Shown here: positions 48,884 to 57,896 of the stretch, piece after piece
Layout: each line of letters begins with the position of its first letter
How positions within the stretch are numbered: position 1 is the stretch's first letter
IMG/VR virus record: IMGVR_UViG_3300042508_000910
Reading direction: 5' to 3' (one strand)
DNA: 64,000 bases
DNA from: a virus
Position numbers and translations under genes: made by a program
Notes under the pieces: model-generated
Databases searched by the model: none
Told to the model about the DNA's origin: nothing
What the model saw: only the letters and a program-made list of their open reading frames with translations

Positions 48884-50164
48884 TTATTTCTTATTTTTAT
48901 AATCCTCTAGACAGGATTTAAATTTAGCTTTATCATTACCTTGCTTTGTAGGAATACACTGTTTTAAAAATTCATTAAATTTTTGACCTTCTGTAGCCAT
49001 CATCTTTTTATATTCGTCATCTTCTTCATATCCGCAATTTGAGCCTTTATTTTCACAATATTGTTTTTGACTAAAACCTTTTGGATTATTGCAGTCTATA
49101 CTTCTTTTATATTTTATGCTCCATTTTGCTTCAATTTTTTGTAATTGAATCTCTGTCTTACCAAGCATGTCGCCCTTTTTCCATGTAGCACCATCATTTG
49201 TGCATTCATAAACTACTGCATATCCCATATCTTCTGGAAGATCGCGAATCTCTTTGACTATTCCTTCGCTGCCATAATGTTTACATTGAGCATTGATATT
49301 TTTTACTTTATCTCCAACTTTAAACATAGTAGATGATTCTATTTCTTCTATTTCCATCTCTTCTGGCTCTTCGTTCTCTTTATTGAACATTACATAATTG
49401 TGAATTGTAATCATATAATCTTCTGCGAGAATTGCCATTTGTTGTAAAAATGGTTCAGTAAGATTCTCTTTTACCATTGGGTCGTTTAGTTTGTCTATTA
49501 CATTCTTTGAATGTTGGTAAATAGAATTAATTGAACCTACTATCATTCCATAAAAATCTTCTTTATAATCTTCAAATTCGTCTTCAATATCTTCTACTTC
49601 TTCTGCTTGAGCGAGTGTTTGATCCATTTTTAATAATTCAGATTGATCAAATTCTGTTTCGCCATCCCATTCATATTCTTCATTTAAATAATCACTAGCT
49701 TGAGCTTTTTTAAGAGCTTCTTGAGTTGGACGATCTTTAGAGCCTTCTGGTGCGGGGCGATAATTTTTACCCATTCTTTTCTTTTTTTGTTGAATATTAT
49801 ACCAAAGACCTTTGTTTTTAGCTTGAATATCAATATCTATTCCGATTTCTTCTTGTGAATTTTCGCTAGCTGCAACTTTTTTGCTTGGATGCCATGACCA
49901 TTGACAGCTCCAATATCGAGCGCGAAATTTTGGGCCAGGATTATCGCAATTATGTCTAGCCCTAAACGACTTTCTTCTGACTGGATCTGATCTTTTTATA
50001 GATAAGTTTGGATCACCAAATTTAACCATTACTATATTACCCTTATCATTTTTTACATAAACGCCAAACTTCTTTTTGCTTCCTTGAGGAAGACGGAATG
50101 GTTTATTAAGTGGAGCTTTACCCTTTTTGGCTGCTTTTAATTGCTCTGTAAAATCTATTTCCAT
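48884..50164 (-). CDS. Modular head-associated protein (string of basic microdomains, acidic linkers)
   Basis: KKFGVYVKN...VKFGD...RRKSFRARHNC...YWSC; GLWYNIQQKKKR; FKVGDKV; KWSIKYKRSIDCNNPKGFSQKQYC. Confidence 0.65.
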   Translation of the reverse strand: MEIDFTEQLKAAKKGKAPLNKPFRLPQGSKKKFGVYVKNDKGNIVMVKFGDPNLSIKRSDPVRRKSFRARHNCDNPGPKFRARYWSCQWSWHPSKKVAASENSQEEIGIDIDIQAKNKGLWYNIQQKKKRMGKNYRPAPEGSKDRPTQEALKKAQASDYLNEEYEWDGETEFDQSELLKMDQTLAQAEEVEDIEDEFEDYKEDFYGMIVGSINSIYQHSKNVIDKLNDPMVKENLTEPFLQQMAILAEDYMITIHNYVMFNKENEEPEEMEIEEIESSTMFKVGDKVKNINAQCKHYGSEGIVKEIRDLPEDMGYAVVYECTNDGATWKKGDMLGKTEIQLQKIEAKWSIKYKRSIDCNNPKGFSQKQYCENKGSNCGYEEDDEYKKMMATEGQKFNEFLKQCIPTKQGNDKAKFKSCLEDYKNKK

Positions 50165-50182
50165 ATACCCATGTATTACACC

Positions 50183-50977
50183 TTATAGACCCAATTTATT
50201 AACCATTAATTGTATTTTATTCCTAAACTTTTCGTCATTCTTGGCGCTCATACAATGAGTATATTGCTTTTCTCTTGCTTGTTCATTATTAGGCCATCCA
50301 TTAGGAAATAACATTTCAACTTTTTTATCATAATGTTTAGCGCATACTGCAAGATAATATTGCTCTGCTATTACAGCTTTATGCCAATGATTATAGAATC
50401 CTCTATAATTTAACCAAAAATCTTTGTTTTTTGGATCTAAAATTAATTCTAAAGCAGAGTTACTATAATTATATAAAAATTCAAGATCATTTCCACCTAT
50501 AACTCCAACATTAATCCCATCTATTGCGTCAACTTTTCCTGCAATATGTAAATTTGGACAATTAGCTTTAAATCTTTCTATCTCATACCAATGATAAGAA
50601 CCTTCTTCAATGCATTGAGCAAAAACATCTGCTTTTTTTAGTCTATCTTCTAAACCTTTCCAAAGTATAACATCATAATCTACATGAACGAAAGGGTCGC
50701 CTTTTTTTGCTATTAATTTATAAGCTAATAATTTATTAATGCTCCAAGTCTCGCCATATTCTTTTGGCAGATCATTAAATTCTATTGCTACTGATGAAAA
50801 TTTAATATCTTTAAAATAAGGTAAACTAGCATCGTCTGTTATAAAATGAACTTCACCAAAATTTTGTTTTAAAAAATAAGCACAAACTTTATGCATGTTT
50901 ATTGTAAACTGATCTGGGATTTTTCTATATCCCCCAGACCAATAACTCATGTATGGTTTCATGCTATAATGTCTCAA
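50183..50977 (-). CDS. DUF6734-like putative GT-A transferase
   Basis: WSINKLLAY, PFVHVDYDV (DxD), INVGVIGG, AEQYYL. Confidence 0.6.
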   Translation of the reverse strand: MRHYSMKPYMSYWSGGYRKIPDQFTINMHKVCAYFLKQNFGEVHFITDDASLPYFKDIKFSSVAIEFNDLPKEYGETWSINKLLAYKLIAKKGDPFVHVDYDVILWKGLEDRLKKADVFAQCIEEGSYHWYEIERFKANCPNLHIAGKVDAIDGINVGVIGGNDLEFLYNYSNSALELILDPKNKDFWLNYRGFYNHWHKAVIAEQYYLAVCAKHYDKKVEMLFPNGWPNNEQAREKQYTHCMSAKNDEKFRNKIQLMVNKLGL

Positions 50978-53291
50978 ACATTGTATCGTTATATTCAGTA
51001 ATTTTTCCAGAAATTAAAGCTTGTATATCTGGATGCTTTAGATTTGGTCCTCCAACGCATTGATTACTTATACTTAAGTAAGGCGTTAATGAAGGTGTGC
51101 TACTTTGGCAATAGGCGCATGATGCAATATACCAATGCGCAGAGGCTAAGATTGGTTGATTATTCTTAGCAAATATAAATATTGGATTTGAGCTATCGCC
51201 TCCAACAAGCTGTTCGCCTTTTAGCTTTGTTGTTAATATATATTTATTTGATAAGGTTGAGCCTAATCCACAAGTTACTTCAGCTAAAACTATTGCTGGT
51301 AATTCTTTATCTTGAGCATCTGCTGCTATACTCCAAGCTCCTGTAATATTTTTATTAGATGCTGGCAATGGATAGTATTTTCCACTTGGTAAATCAGAGC
51401 TTAACCTATAAATTTTTAGATCACAATTTTGATTATTTGGATTAATATTAAATGCTGCTTCTATAGTTACTGTCGTACCATCAAAATCTATGCTAGATCC
51501 AACTGTGGCTGGTGCATGTTGATTTCCAATTCCCCATCTTGGTGATATTGCTGTCACAATTCCACCTGCGCCTTTACCTTTTATTATATTAAAACCTGTT
51601 GGTTGCCATGGATTTCCAGAGTATTGATATTTACCATAATCAGCTGTTGCAATAGATGGTACGCTATCTTGGTCATAATTGCTTGATCCAAAATAGTTTT
51701 CTTCGTACCATTCCCAACTATCATAATCGGGATCTGTCCATCCTAAATTTACCTGAGTTCCAGTAAGAGCATAACTGTCTTTTATCTCTTTAAAACTATT
51801 AACCGAAAGATTATTTAATGAAAAATTATTAAAAGTTTTTGTATCGGGATTGTATTTTGCCAATCCATCGTATTGATTTATAATATAGATTTCTTTTTGT
51901 TCTATTCCTCCCTGGCTAGTTGTTATATCTTTCGCTTGAAATGGACTAGTTGGGTCTACACCAAATCCACTAATTTTAATTAGTTTACCGCTATTCGTTT
52001 GAGGATCTCCGCTCAACATATAAACTTGATTATAATTATCTCTAACAAATGTTTTGCCTTCGGCATAACTTATAGGGTATTTCTCTGAATACACAATATC
52101 TCTAATATTCTGATTTGCAGAAAAGACTATGTTTTCTGCGGAGATCGCAATCCTTCCTCTTTCTTTATAGCCTTTTATATAAGGACTTGAGCTATCATAT
52201 ATATATACTGTATGGGCTGGATTTGGAGCGCTTGCAAATTTTACATTTGTATCAATTGCGTCTTGATTTCCGTAATTATTGCTTCCGTAATAATAAGCCA
52301 TATTGCCACTGGTTAAAAGTATTGATACATTTCCATTTGCTGCTATTTGTTTTATGTCTGTAGAAAAAGTAAAATTTAATTGATTTAATTGATTATCGCC
52401 CCAATATTTAATTGTTCCATCTTTTTTCAAAAGAAGAGCATGATTAAGTCCAAATTGTAAATCTTTTATCTCTCCAGAGATATCGTCTAAATATTTTTTA
52501 ATATTCAAACCTTGTGGATTATCTATCCCACCCAAAGATTGTTGTATTTCCCATGTTATTAAATTATTTGATAGGAGGAGGGTCGCTGCTCCATTTTCTA
52601 CTCTTAAATTCCAAGTATTGGTAGCTGCATTCCACTCAATCCAATTCTCATTTGTTAAATCTCCATTTGGATAGAATTTTCCAGTTTGAAATACTGCATT
52701 TCTTATATATTTGCCATTATAGTTCCCAGCGCCAGTGAGAGTAACCTCTGAGGTGAAATTTTTAATATAATTAATATTATCATTTGCGCCAGATAATAAT
52801 AAAGTTCCATCTGTTTTTAAAAGACCTAAATGATAGGTTGTCTCACTAAAACTGCTTGGTCCACTAAAAATTTTATCTATTTGTGGATAATTTTTTGTTA
52901 AATATTGATTATAATTAATGTTATTTTCTATCTGTAAGTCTACTGGAATTTGTTCAAAATTTGATGAAGTAAAATTTATTTTACCAAAATTATCACTTTT
53001 TATTATACCATTTAATACTATCCATTCTCCAGTAGGTGTCTCAGAAGTTAGGTTAATTATATTATTTGTATCGTCACTTTTATACCAACCAGTAAGTGGT
53101 AATTTATTGTCATTATAATCGATATCATGATAGTATGTACCTAAAGCTTGTAAAGTATTTCTATAAACATATTTATTAAGAGTCTTATCTAACCAAATTG
53201 CTCTACAATCTCCGCACCCTCCATTATAATATAAATATGTTCTATTATCGTCATTTAATGTTGTGCCATAATTTCTTTTTACTGATATCAT
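50964..53291 (-). CDS. Virion protein with RCC1-like repeats and C-terminal trypsin-like protease
   Basis: GLNHALLLKKDGTIKYWGDN; AISPRWGIGNQH...CDL...GGDSSNP. Confidence 0.65.
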   Translation of the reverse strand: MISVKRNYGTTLNDDNRTYLYYNGGCGDCRAIWLDKTLNKYVYRNTLQALGTYYHDIDYNDNKLPLTGWYKSDDTNNIINLTSETPTGEWIVLNGIIKSDNFGKINFTSSNFEQIPVDLQIENNINYNQYLTKNYPQIDKIFSGPSSFSETTYHLGLLKTDGTLLLSGANDNINYIKNFTSEVTLTGAGNYNGKYIRNAVFQTGKFYPNGDLTNENWIEWNAATNTWNLRVENGAATLLLSNNLITWEIQQSLGGIDNPQGLNIKKYLDDISGEIKDLQFGLNHALLLKKDGTIKYWGDNQLNQLNFTFSTDIKQIAANGNVSILLTSGNMAYYYGSNNYGNQDAIDTNVKFASAPNPAHTVYIYDSSSPYIKGYKERGRIAISAENIVFSANQNIRDIVYSEKYPISYAEGKTFVRDNYNQVYMLSGDPQTNSGKLIKISGFGVDPTSPFQAKDITTSQGGIEQKEIYIINQYDGLAKYNPDTKTFNNFSLNNLSVNSFKEIKDSYALTGTQVNLGWTDPDYDSWEWYEENYFGSSNYDQDSVPSIATADYGKYQYSGNPWQPTGFNIIKGKGAGGIVTAISPRWGIGNQHAPATVGSSIDFDGTTVTIEAAFNINPNNQNCDLKIYRLSSDLPSGKYYPLPASNKNITGAWSIAADAQDKELPAIVLAEVTCGLGSTLSNKYILTTKLKGEQLVGGDSSNPIFIFAKNNQPILASAHWYIASCAYCQSSTPSLTPYLSISNQCVGGPNLKHPDIQALISGKITEYNDTMFETL

Positions 53292-53303
53292 CGTAAATTC
53301 TCC

Positions 53304-54305
53304 TTATAGTTGATCTGGTCCAAATATTACTGAACTTACAAATGCATTAAATAAAGCATCATCTACAATATCTATGCCAATAGAATTCCCTCCACTACTT
53401 CCATCACTACCACTTCCTCCTAAGAATTCATCTACTAGATCTGTCCCGATAGAATTGCCTCCACTACTTCCATCGCTACCACTTCCGCCTAAGAATTGAT
53501 CTACGAGATCTGTACCGATAGAGTTACCTGTTCCATCTGCGCTACCTCCTGATCCACCACTTCCAGATCCACTTCCACTTGAAGTTATAGTTTTTACTTT
53601 TAATTCTATTGATGTCTTATATAAAACATCTGGACGATACCATTTTTTAGTTGGAAAATTATTTCCAGTATAGTTGTTGTAATAGACTATATCATTAAGA
53701 TTATCATAAAGAATCCAGATGTCGTTTCTCTTATATTTAAGATAATTTTTTCTATATTCTCCACCAATTGTAATTCCATTAGAAGTATAGGTTTTATAAT
53801 ATCCTCTTGAATCTGTAGTATTTTCTAATTGACTTGAGATTCTTAAATAATCTATAGCATTTTGTCCTTTGAAAATTATAAATCTATTATTAAAATAACT
53901 ATTAACAGCATTAGGACCAAAAAAGTAAGACATACTATCTATATTCCCATCAAGATTATAATATATTGAATTATTAAAAGAAATTTGTTTATTGTATAAT
54001 GAGATAACTGGTTCATAGTCTTCATCTGACTCTGAAGTTAAGGCGGCTGCAACTTTTTGTTCAATTTTTTGTACAACAATAGAGTTTACTTTTTTTTCTG
54101 ATTTCTTGACTTTCTCTTCTATTTTTTTTATTTTAGTTAATATTTTTTGTTCTTTTTCTAAGATAAGTTCAGCATTATTTATTGGATCTAGTTGTAGATT
54201 AGTTTTTTCCGTAGTTAGAGCGGCTGCTTCAGCAAGAGTCTTTTTAATTTCAGTTACTTTTGAAACTATCCTACTAACAAATGATCTTTTACTAGCGCGA
54301 GCCAT
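53304..54305 (-). CDS. Hypothetical protein with N-terminal coiled coil and C-terminal Gly/Ser repeats
   Basis: 333-aa ORF, coupled spacing to neighbours. Confidence 0.65.
   Translation of the reverse strand: MARASKRSFVSRIVSKVTEIKKTLAEAAALTTEKTNLQLDPINNAELILEKEQKILTKIKKIEEKVKKSEKKVNSIVVQKIEQKVAAALTSESDEDYEPVISLYNKQISFNNSIYYNLDGNIDSMSYFFGPNAVNSYFNNRFIIFKGQNAIDYLRISSQLENTTDSRGYYKTYTSNGITIGGEYRKNYLKYKRNDIWILYDNLNDIVYYNNYTGNNFPTKKWYRPDVLYKTSIELKVKTITSSGSGSGSGGSGGSADGTGNSIGTDLVDQFLGGSGSDGSSGGNSIGTDLVDEFLGGSGSDGSSGGNSIGIDIVDDALFNAFVSSVIFGPDQL
53360..53530 (-). repeat. 69-bp (23-aa) tandem repeat GNSIGTDLVD(Q/E)FLGGSGSDGSSG, about 2.5 copies
   Basis: Visible in DNA and protein, with mostly synonymous differences between copies. 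Confidence 0.85.
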
Positions 54306-54317
54306 ATTCTGGCTCCA

Positions 54318-54815
54318 TTAACTTCTTTCCCAGCTAATATAGTTTGGGGTTACTCCAGAAACACTAACTACGCCAGTATAAGCTTGGTCAGAAAGACTTC
54401 CGCCATCACCAGCATTAGAAGCTGTATTTGCAGCTAATACAAAATTAAATGAAGAACTACTTGCATTTGTTCCATATTTTACATAAAGAGCGCCAGTAGC
54501 AAGATTTTGAACAAACAATTCTAAACGATTTTCGTTAGCAAGTAAAATTGCACCATTTGAACCGCTTACTGTACTATTAGATATTGAAGAACTCTGAATA
54601 GGTGATGTAGAAACATTATCAAGATTTTTATCTAAATTAGCTTGATAGACTGTCATTCCAGAAGGAATATTTGCTCCTGTTACAAGGAAAGCATTCAGAA
54701 GAGTCTCTATTCCATCAATTTTACTAAAATCGATAGCTTGAAAGCCGCTAATTTCACTGTTATATACTAAAGATATTCTTTTTTCGGATGGATCATTTAT
54801 ATTAATATTTGCCAT
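54318..54815 (-). CDS. Virion decoration-like protein
   Basis: ILLANENRLELFVQN...LYVKYG...YTGVVS; N-terminus shared with next gene; GTGTAA at 54826-54831. Confidence 0.6.
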   Translation of the reverse strand: MANININDPSEKRISLVYNSEISGFQAIDFSKIDGIETLLNAFLVTGANIPSGMTVYQANLDKNLDNVSTSPIQSSSISNSTVSGSNGAILLANENRLELFVQNLATGALYVKYGTNASSSSFNFVLAANTASNAGDGGSLSDQAYTGVVSVSGVTPNYISWERS

Positions 54816-54846
54816 AATACTAATATTACACTAAAAATATTATAAA

Positions 54847-56232
54847 TTATCTAGTTTCTCGCCATTGTAAACTTGCAAAAGTATTGCTTGCTCCACCACC
54901 AATTCCAGATCCAATTATAACAAAAACATTACTATTTGTGCTATCAATATTTTGACTAATATAACCTCTTTTTGCGCTTGATAAAGTTTGTATTTGAGAT
55001 TGAGAACTAAATTTTCCTGCTCCTTGGCCTCCAGCAATACAATATGCAGCATCTACTAACATACCACTAGTAAAATTAACACTTGTTGCACTAATATTAT
55101 ATTGAACAACGCTTTCATCGTTTGCACTTATCCAAGTTCCACCAACTATTTGACCCGTGCTTGGAATTCTCCAAAGTTCATAAGTTATTGCTTCTGTTGC
55201 GGTATAAATATTAGCCATGTTTGGTCTAACAACGCTTCGATTTGGTTTGCCATAATATCCAGTTTTTAGTGCTATTGCGACTAGCGGAAGTTGGCTAGTT
55301 GTAGGCACTGATCTTGCTGTAAGATTTCTTGCTGAAAAATCTACTCCTGCTTCATTGTATCCACCTTCACTCATTACTGTAGCGCAAATTTGATCCATAG
55401 TATCTGTTCCAACTGCTACAGCATAATTTCTAATTTCACATCTAACTGGAAGATTTGGGTTACTCCAATAAACAGTTGGTTTGTTGTTGCTATTATAAAA
55501 TTCATGAGCAATAACTGATTCACCATTATGTACAAATCCAGCTCGTAGTCTTCCTACTCCTAGCCATTGAAAATCTGCTGTGAATAATTGTGTTTTTGTT
55601 CGGTCTAAATTAAATTGAGAAATTCCACTTCCATTACATTTATCTATATTCCAATTGTTTTGGGTTATTCTTTCTTCTGATACAACTCCCGAAACATCGT
55701 TTCTTAAAACAAGAGCTAGTGTTCCATCTCCACTTTGTTCAAAAAATATTCCGTTGCGTTCATCAAAAAGACCAATTCTTTTATTTGTACCAGCTCTATA
55801 TCCTGTAAAATTAAAACTTTGAAAAGTTAATTGACTTTTTCCTGGCATGTAGTGATGATACATTCTGCTTTGGTGAATTGTAAAATCATTAGCTCCAGTT
55901 CCAACTTGGAGCACTGCTTTTGCTTGATTGATATTAAATGTTGTATTAGAATTTGTACCACTAGTTTTAGTTAATAATTCTGTTTCTTCTCCGTAAACGT
56001 GAGAATAATCCGCAAGAGTAAATGGATTTGAAATTCTTTGGCGGCCAAATGCGTCTATTTGAGCAGATTGTGCTGAAAAATTAGTTACATTAACATTAAT
56101 ACCACTATTTAAAATTCCTTCTATATTATCTATTTTACTAAAATCAAGAGCTTGGAAAGCACCGCTATCACTATTGTAAACAAGAGATATTCTTTTCTCT
56201 GATGGATCTGGAATTAGAACATTATTAACCAT
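54847..56232 (-). CDS. Virion structural protein (DAFGR-type, lectin-like)
   Basis: DAFGRQRISNPFTL, YMPGKSQ, DFQWLGVGR, NLPVRCEI; GTGTAA at 56244-56249. Confidence 0.65.
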   Translation of the reverse strand: MVNNVLIPDPSEKRISLVYNSDSGAFQALDFSKIDNIEGILNSGINVNVTNFSAQSAQIDAFGRQRISNPFTLADYSHVYGEETELLTKTSGTNSNTTFNINQAKAVLQVGTGANDFTIHQSRMYHHYMPGKSQLTFQSFNFTGYRAGTNKRIGLFDERNGIFFEQSGDGTLALVLRNDVSGVVSEERITQNNWNIDKCNGSGISQFNLDRTKTQLFTADFQWLGVGRLRAGFVHNGESVIAHEFYNSNNKPTVYWSNPNLPVRCEIRNYAVAVGTDTMDQICATVMSEGGYNEAGVDFSARNLTARSVPTTSQLPLVAIALKTGYYGKPNRSVVRPNMANIYTATEAITYELWRIPSTGQIVGGTWISANDESVVQYNISATSVNFTSGMLVDAAYCIAGGQGAGKFSSQSQIQTLSSAKRGYISQNIDSTNSNVFVIIGSGIGGGASNTFASLQWRETR

Positions 56233-56304
56233 TTGATAATAAATTACACTAAATTAAAAATTTAATTACACTATTATAGTATATATCCCTTAAGAGATAT
56301 ACCT

Positions 56305-56721
56305 TGGACCCGAGAGGAGTTGAACCTCTGTCTTTTAAAAAGTTAAATTAAAATACTACAAGTTTAGCCTATTCCGTTGTTTCGCAATAGTGTCGAACAG
56401 GCAATCGGGCTATTGCTATTTATTTAATTCTAGATCTGGCCTTGGTCAAATCTAGCCATTATAATCAATTTAAAAATCAAATAAAAAGGATTTAAACTGA
56501 TACATCTAAATACCCACTAGTCTAGTAGATGTGTCGTAGATAGCAGGTCGCAGGTTTTAGGCTGCGATTAGGGAGTCCTTCTTGTGAGAAACTCTCAAGG
56601 AGAAACTACCCTTTAACTTAGCTGGTTTGGCAGTTAAGTATTTTAAAGTTGTTTAAAGAGTCCACTTTAACTCTACTTGCATTCTAATTCCAATTTTTAA
56701 AATCGATACCAGTACGGGCCC
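56305..56721 (-). ncRNA. ssrA: tmRNA
   Basis: 5' GGGCCCG pairs with 3' CGGGUCC-A (G3:U wobble); T-arm AGAGG-UUCAACU-CCUCU; internal ORF 56631-56557 AKPAKLKGSFSLRVSHKKDSLIAA*; CCA not encoded. Confidence 0.92.
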
Positions 56722-56745
56722 AATGAGAAAGAACTATAAATCGTC

Positions 56746-56751
56746 TTACAC
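56746..56751 (-). promoter_or_regulatory. GTGTAA motif upstream of tmRNA
   Basis: 24 nt before the predicted mature 5' end. Confidence 0.55.
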
Positions 56752-56754
56752 AGA

Positions 56755-56970
56755 TTATACTTTACTTAAAAGTTTTTTGCAATCTTTTTTATATATAAAT
56801 ATAAATTTTAATCTAACTCCGTTTACATCTGAACTTAAATATTGTTGAGCTAAACAAGGATATTCGTCAGGACAATAATTTGTGTCAATATCTTTTTCAT
56901 CAATATTATAATTTAAGGCTTTTTGCTTTTTATATTTATTCCAGCCATTTTCATTTTTTATTACTTCCAT
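56755..56970 (-). CDS. Small hypothetical protein (start revised to 56970)
   Basis: ATG shortly after TATAAT of a TTGAAT-N16-TATAAT promoter; PDEYPCL motif. Confidence 0.55.
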   Translation of the reverse strand: MEVIKNENGWNKYKKQKALNYNIDEKDIDTNYCPDEYPCLAQQYLSSDVNGVRLKFIFIYKKDCKKLLSKV

Positions 56971-56990
56971 AAAAAAATTATATAAAAAAA

Positions 56991-57019
56991 TTGACAAAAT
57001 TCAAAGATCTTTGTATTAT
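56991..57019 (+). promoter_or_regulatory. sigma70-type promoter TTGACA-N17-TATTAT
   Basis: Points into a structured, apparently non-coding region. Confidence 0.7.
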
Positions 57020-57024
57020 AAGCT

Positions 57025-57330
57025 ATTGACATAGCCTTCTTATTATAGGCAATTTTGATAGTTTTATAGAAAACTGTTTAGTACATGGTTTCAAGAGATA
57101 GCAACGCTGTGAAGACTTGCGACTATGAAAACCCTCATTGTGCATTATATGGCTTTGAGGTTAATGTGTGGATGTATGGGACGGCAGTATGTACAGGGAG
57201 TAAGCCACCTCGCCCCTATAAGTGCCGTAGTCTGTTTCCTCGCAAGAGGAAAATGGGAGTTAAAAGAAAAGTAGAGATCTTGTACTAGGCACAACCTCAA
57301 TATAAAAAATCTGAGGGAAAGTCTTCTATG
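57025..57330 (+). ncRNA. Unassigned structured RNA with pseudoknot
   Basis: GC-richer than surroundings; 15-bp closing stem, GNRA hairpin, several internal stems, 8-bp crossing helix; G-U pairs favour the + strand. Confidence 0.65.
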
Positions 57331-57366
57331 GGATATTAAAGAAAAGTTAATAATTAAGATAAGATA

Positions 57367-57882
57367 CTAATACCAAACTTCATTATGAATTCTTCTCAAT
57401 ACTCTAATCCAATTCTTTAGGTTATAAGATATATCATCTCTTTCTGCAATCTCAAAACCATTCTTAGCTATATTATAATAAATACTTTCTGATGGATATG
57501 ATCTTCTCAACTTCTCTAAACTCTTATAGAAAAAGCCAAGAAATACTGTGACAGATTTTGCTGTATCTTCATTTAATTCTAATTGAAAGAAATATTTATT
57601 CTGAAGTGGATATTCTATGAGATTATAAAAATTGCTACTTACAGCTTCTGATATATATTCCTTCTCTTCAAAAGAACATTTTATATCTTTACTATATTTT
57701 ACTATTGTAAGCTCTGTGAATACTGGGAAACTAATATCTACTATACCATTTATATCTTCTTCTGTAACTTTATTTATTATTTCTGGTAAGCAATCTGGAT
57801 CTTGTATAAGCAAAAAGGTTTTTTCTGGTGATAAACCTAGCTTCTTTGCAAAAAAATCTATATCCCTCTCTGAAACCGTCAC
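57367..57882 (-). CDS. Hypothetical protein
   Basis: 171 aa; GTG start 8 nt after ATGTAA variant motif. Confidence 0.65.
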   Translation of the reverse strand: MTVSERDIDFFAKKLGLSPEKTFLLIQDPDCLPEIINKVTEEDINGIVDISFPVFTELTIVKYSKDIKCSFEEKEYISEAVSSNFYNLIEYPLQNKYFFQLELNEDTAKSVTVFLGFFYKSLEKLRRSYPSESIYYNIAKNGFEIAERDDISYNLKNWIRVLRRIHNEVWY

Positions 57883-57896
57883 AAGACTAATTACAT

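Noticed and set aside
56305-56335. tRNA-like T-arm and acceptor end
   Set aside because: Its pairing partner lies about 400 nt away with a tag ORF between, so it is the tmRNA 3' end and not a tRNA
57085-57288. 67-aa + strand ORF
   Set aside because: Atypical composition and fully overlapped by extensive base-pairing; better explained as the shadow of a structured RNA
57100-57330. Group I intron or RNase P RNA identity
   Set aside because: No interrupted host gene or P4-P6 domain, and the RNase P-like motif lacks its conserved partner sequence
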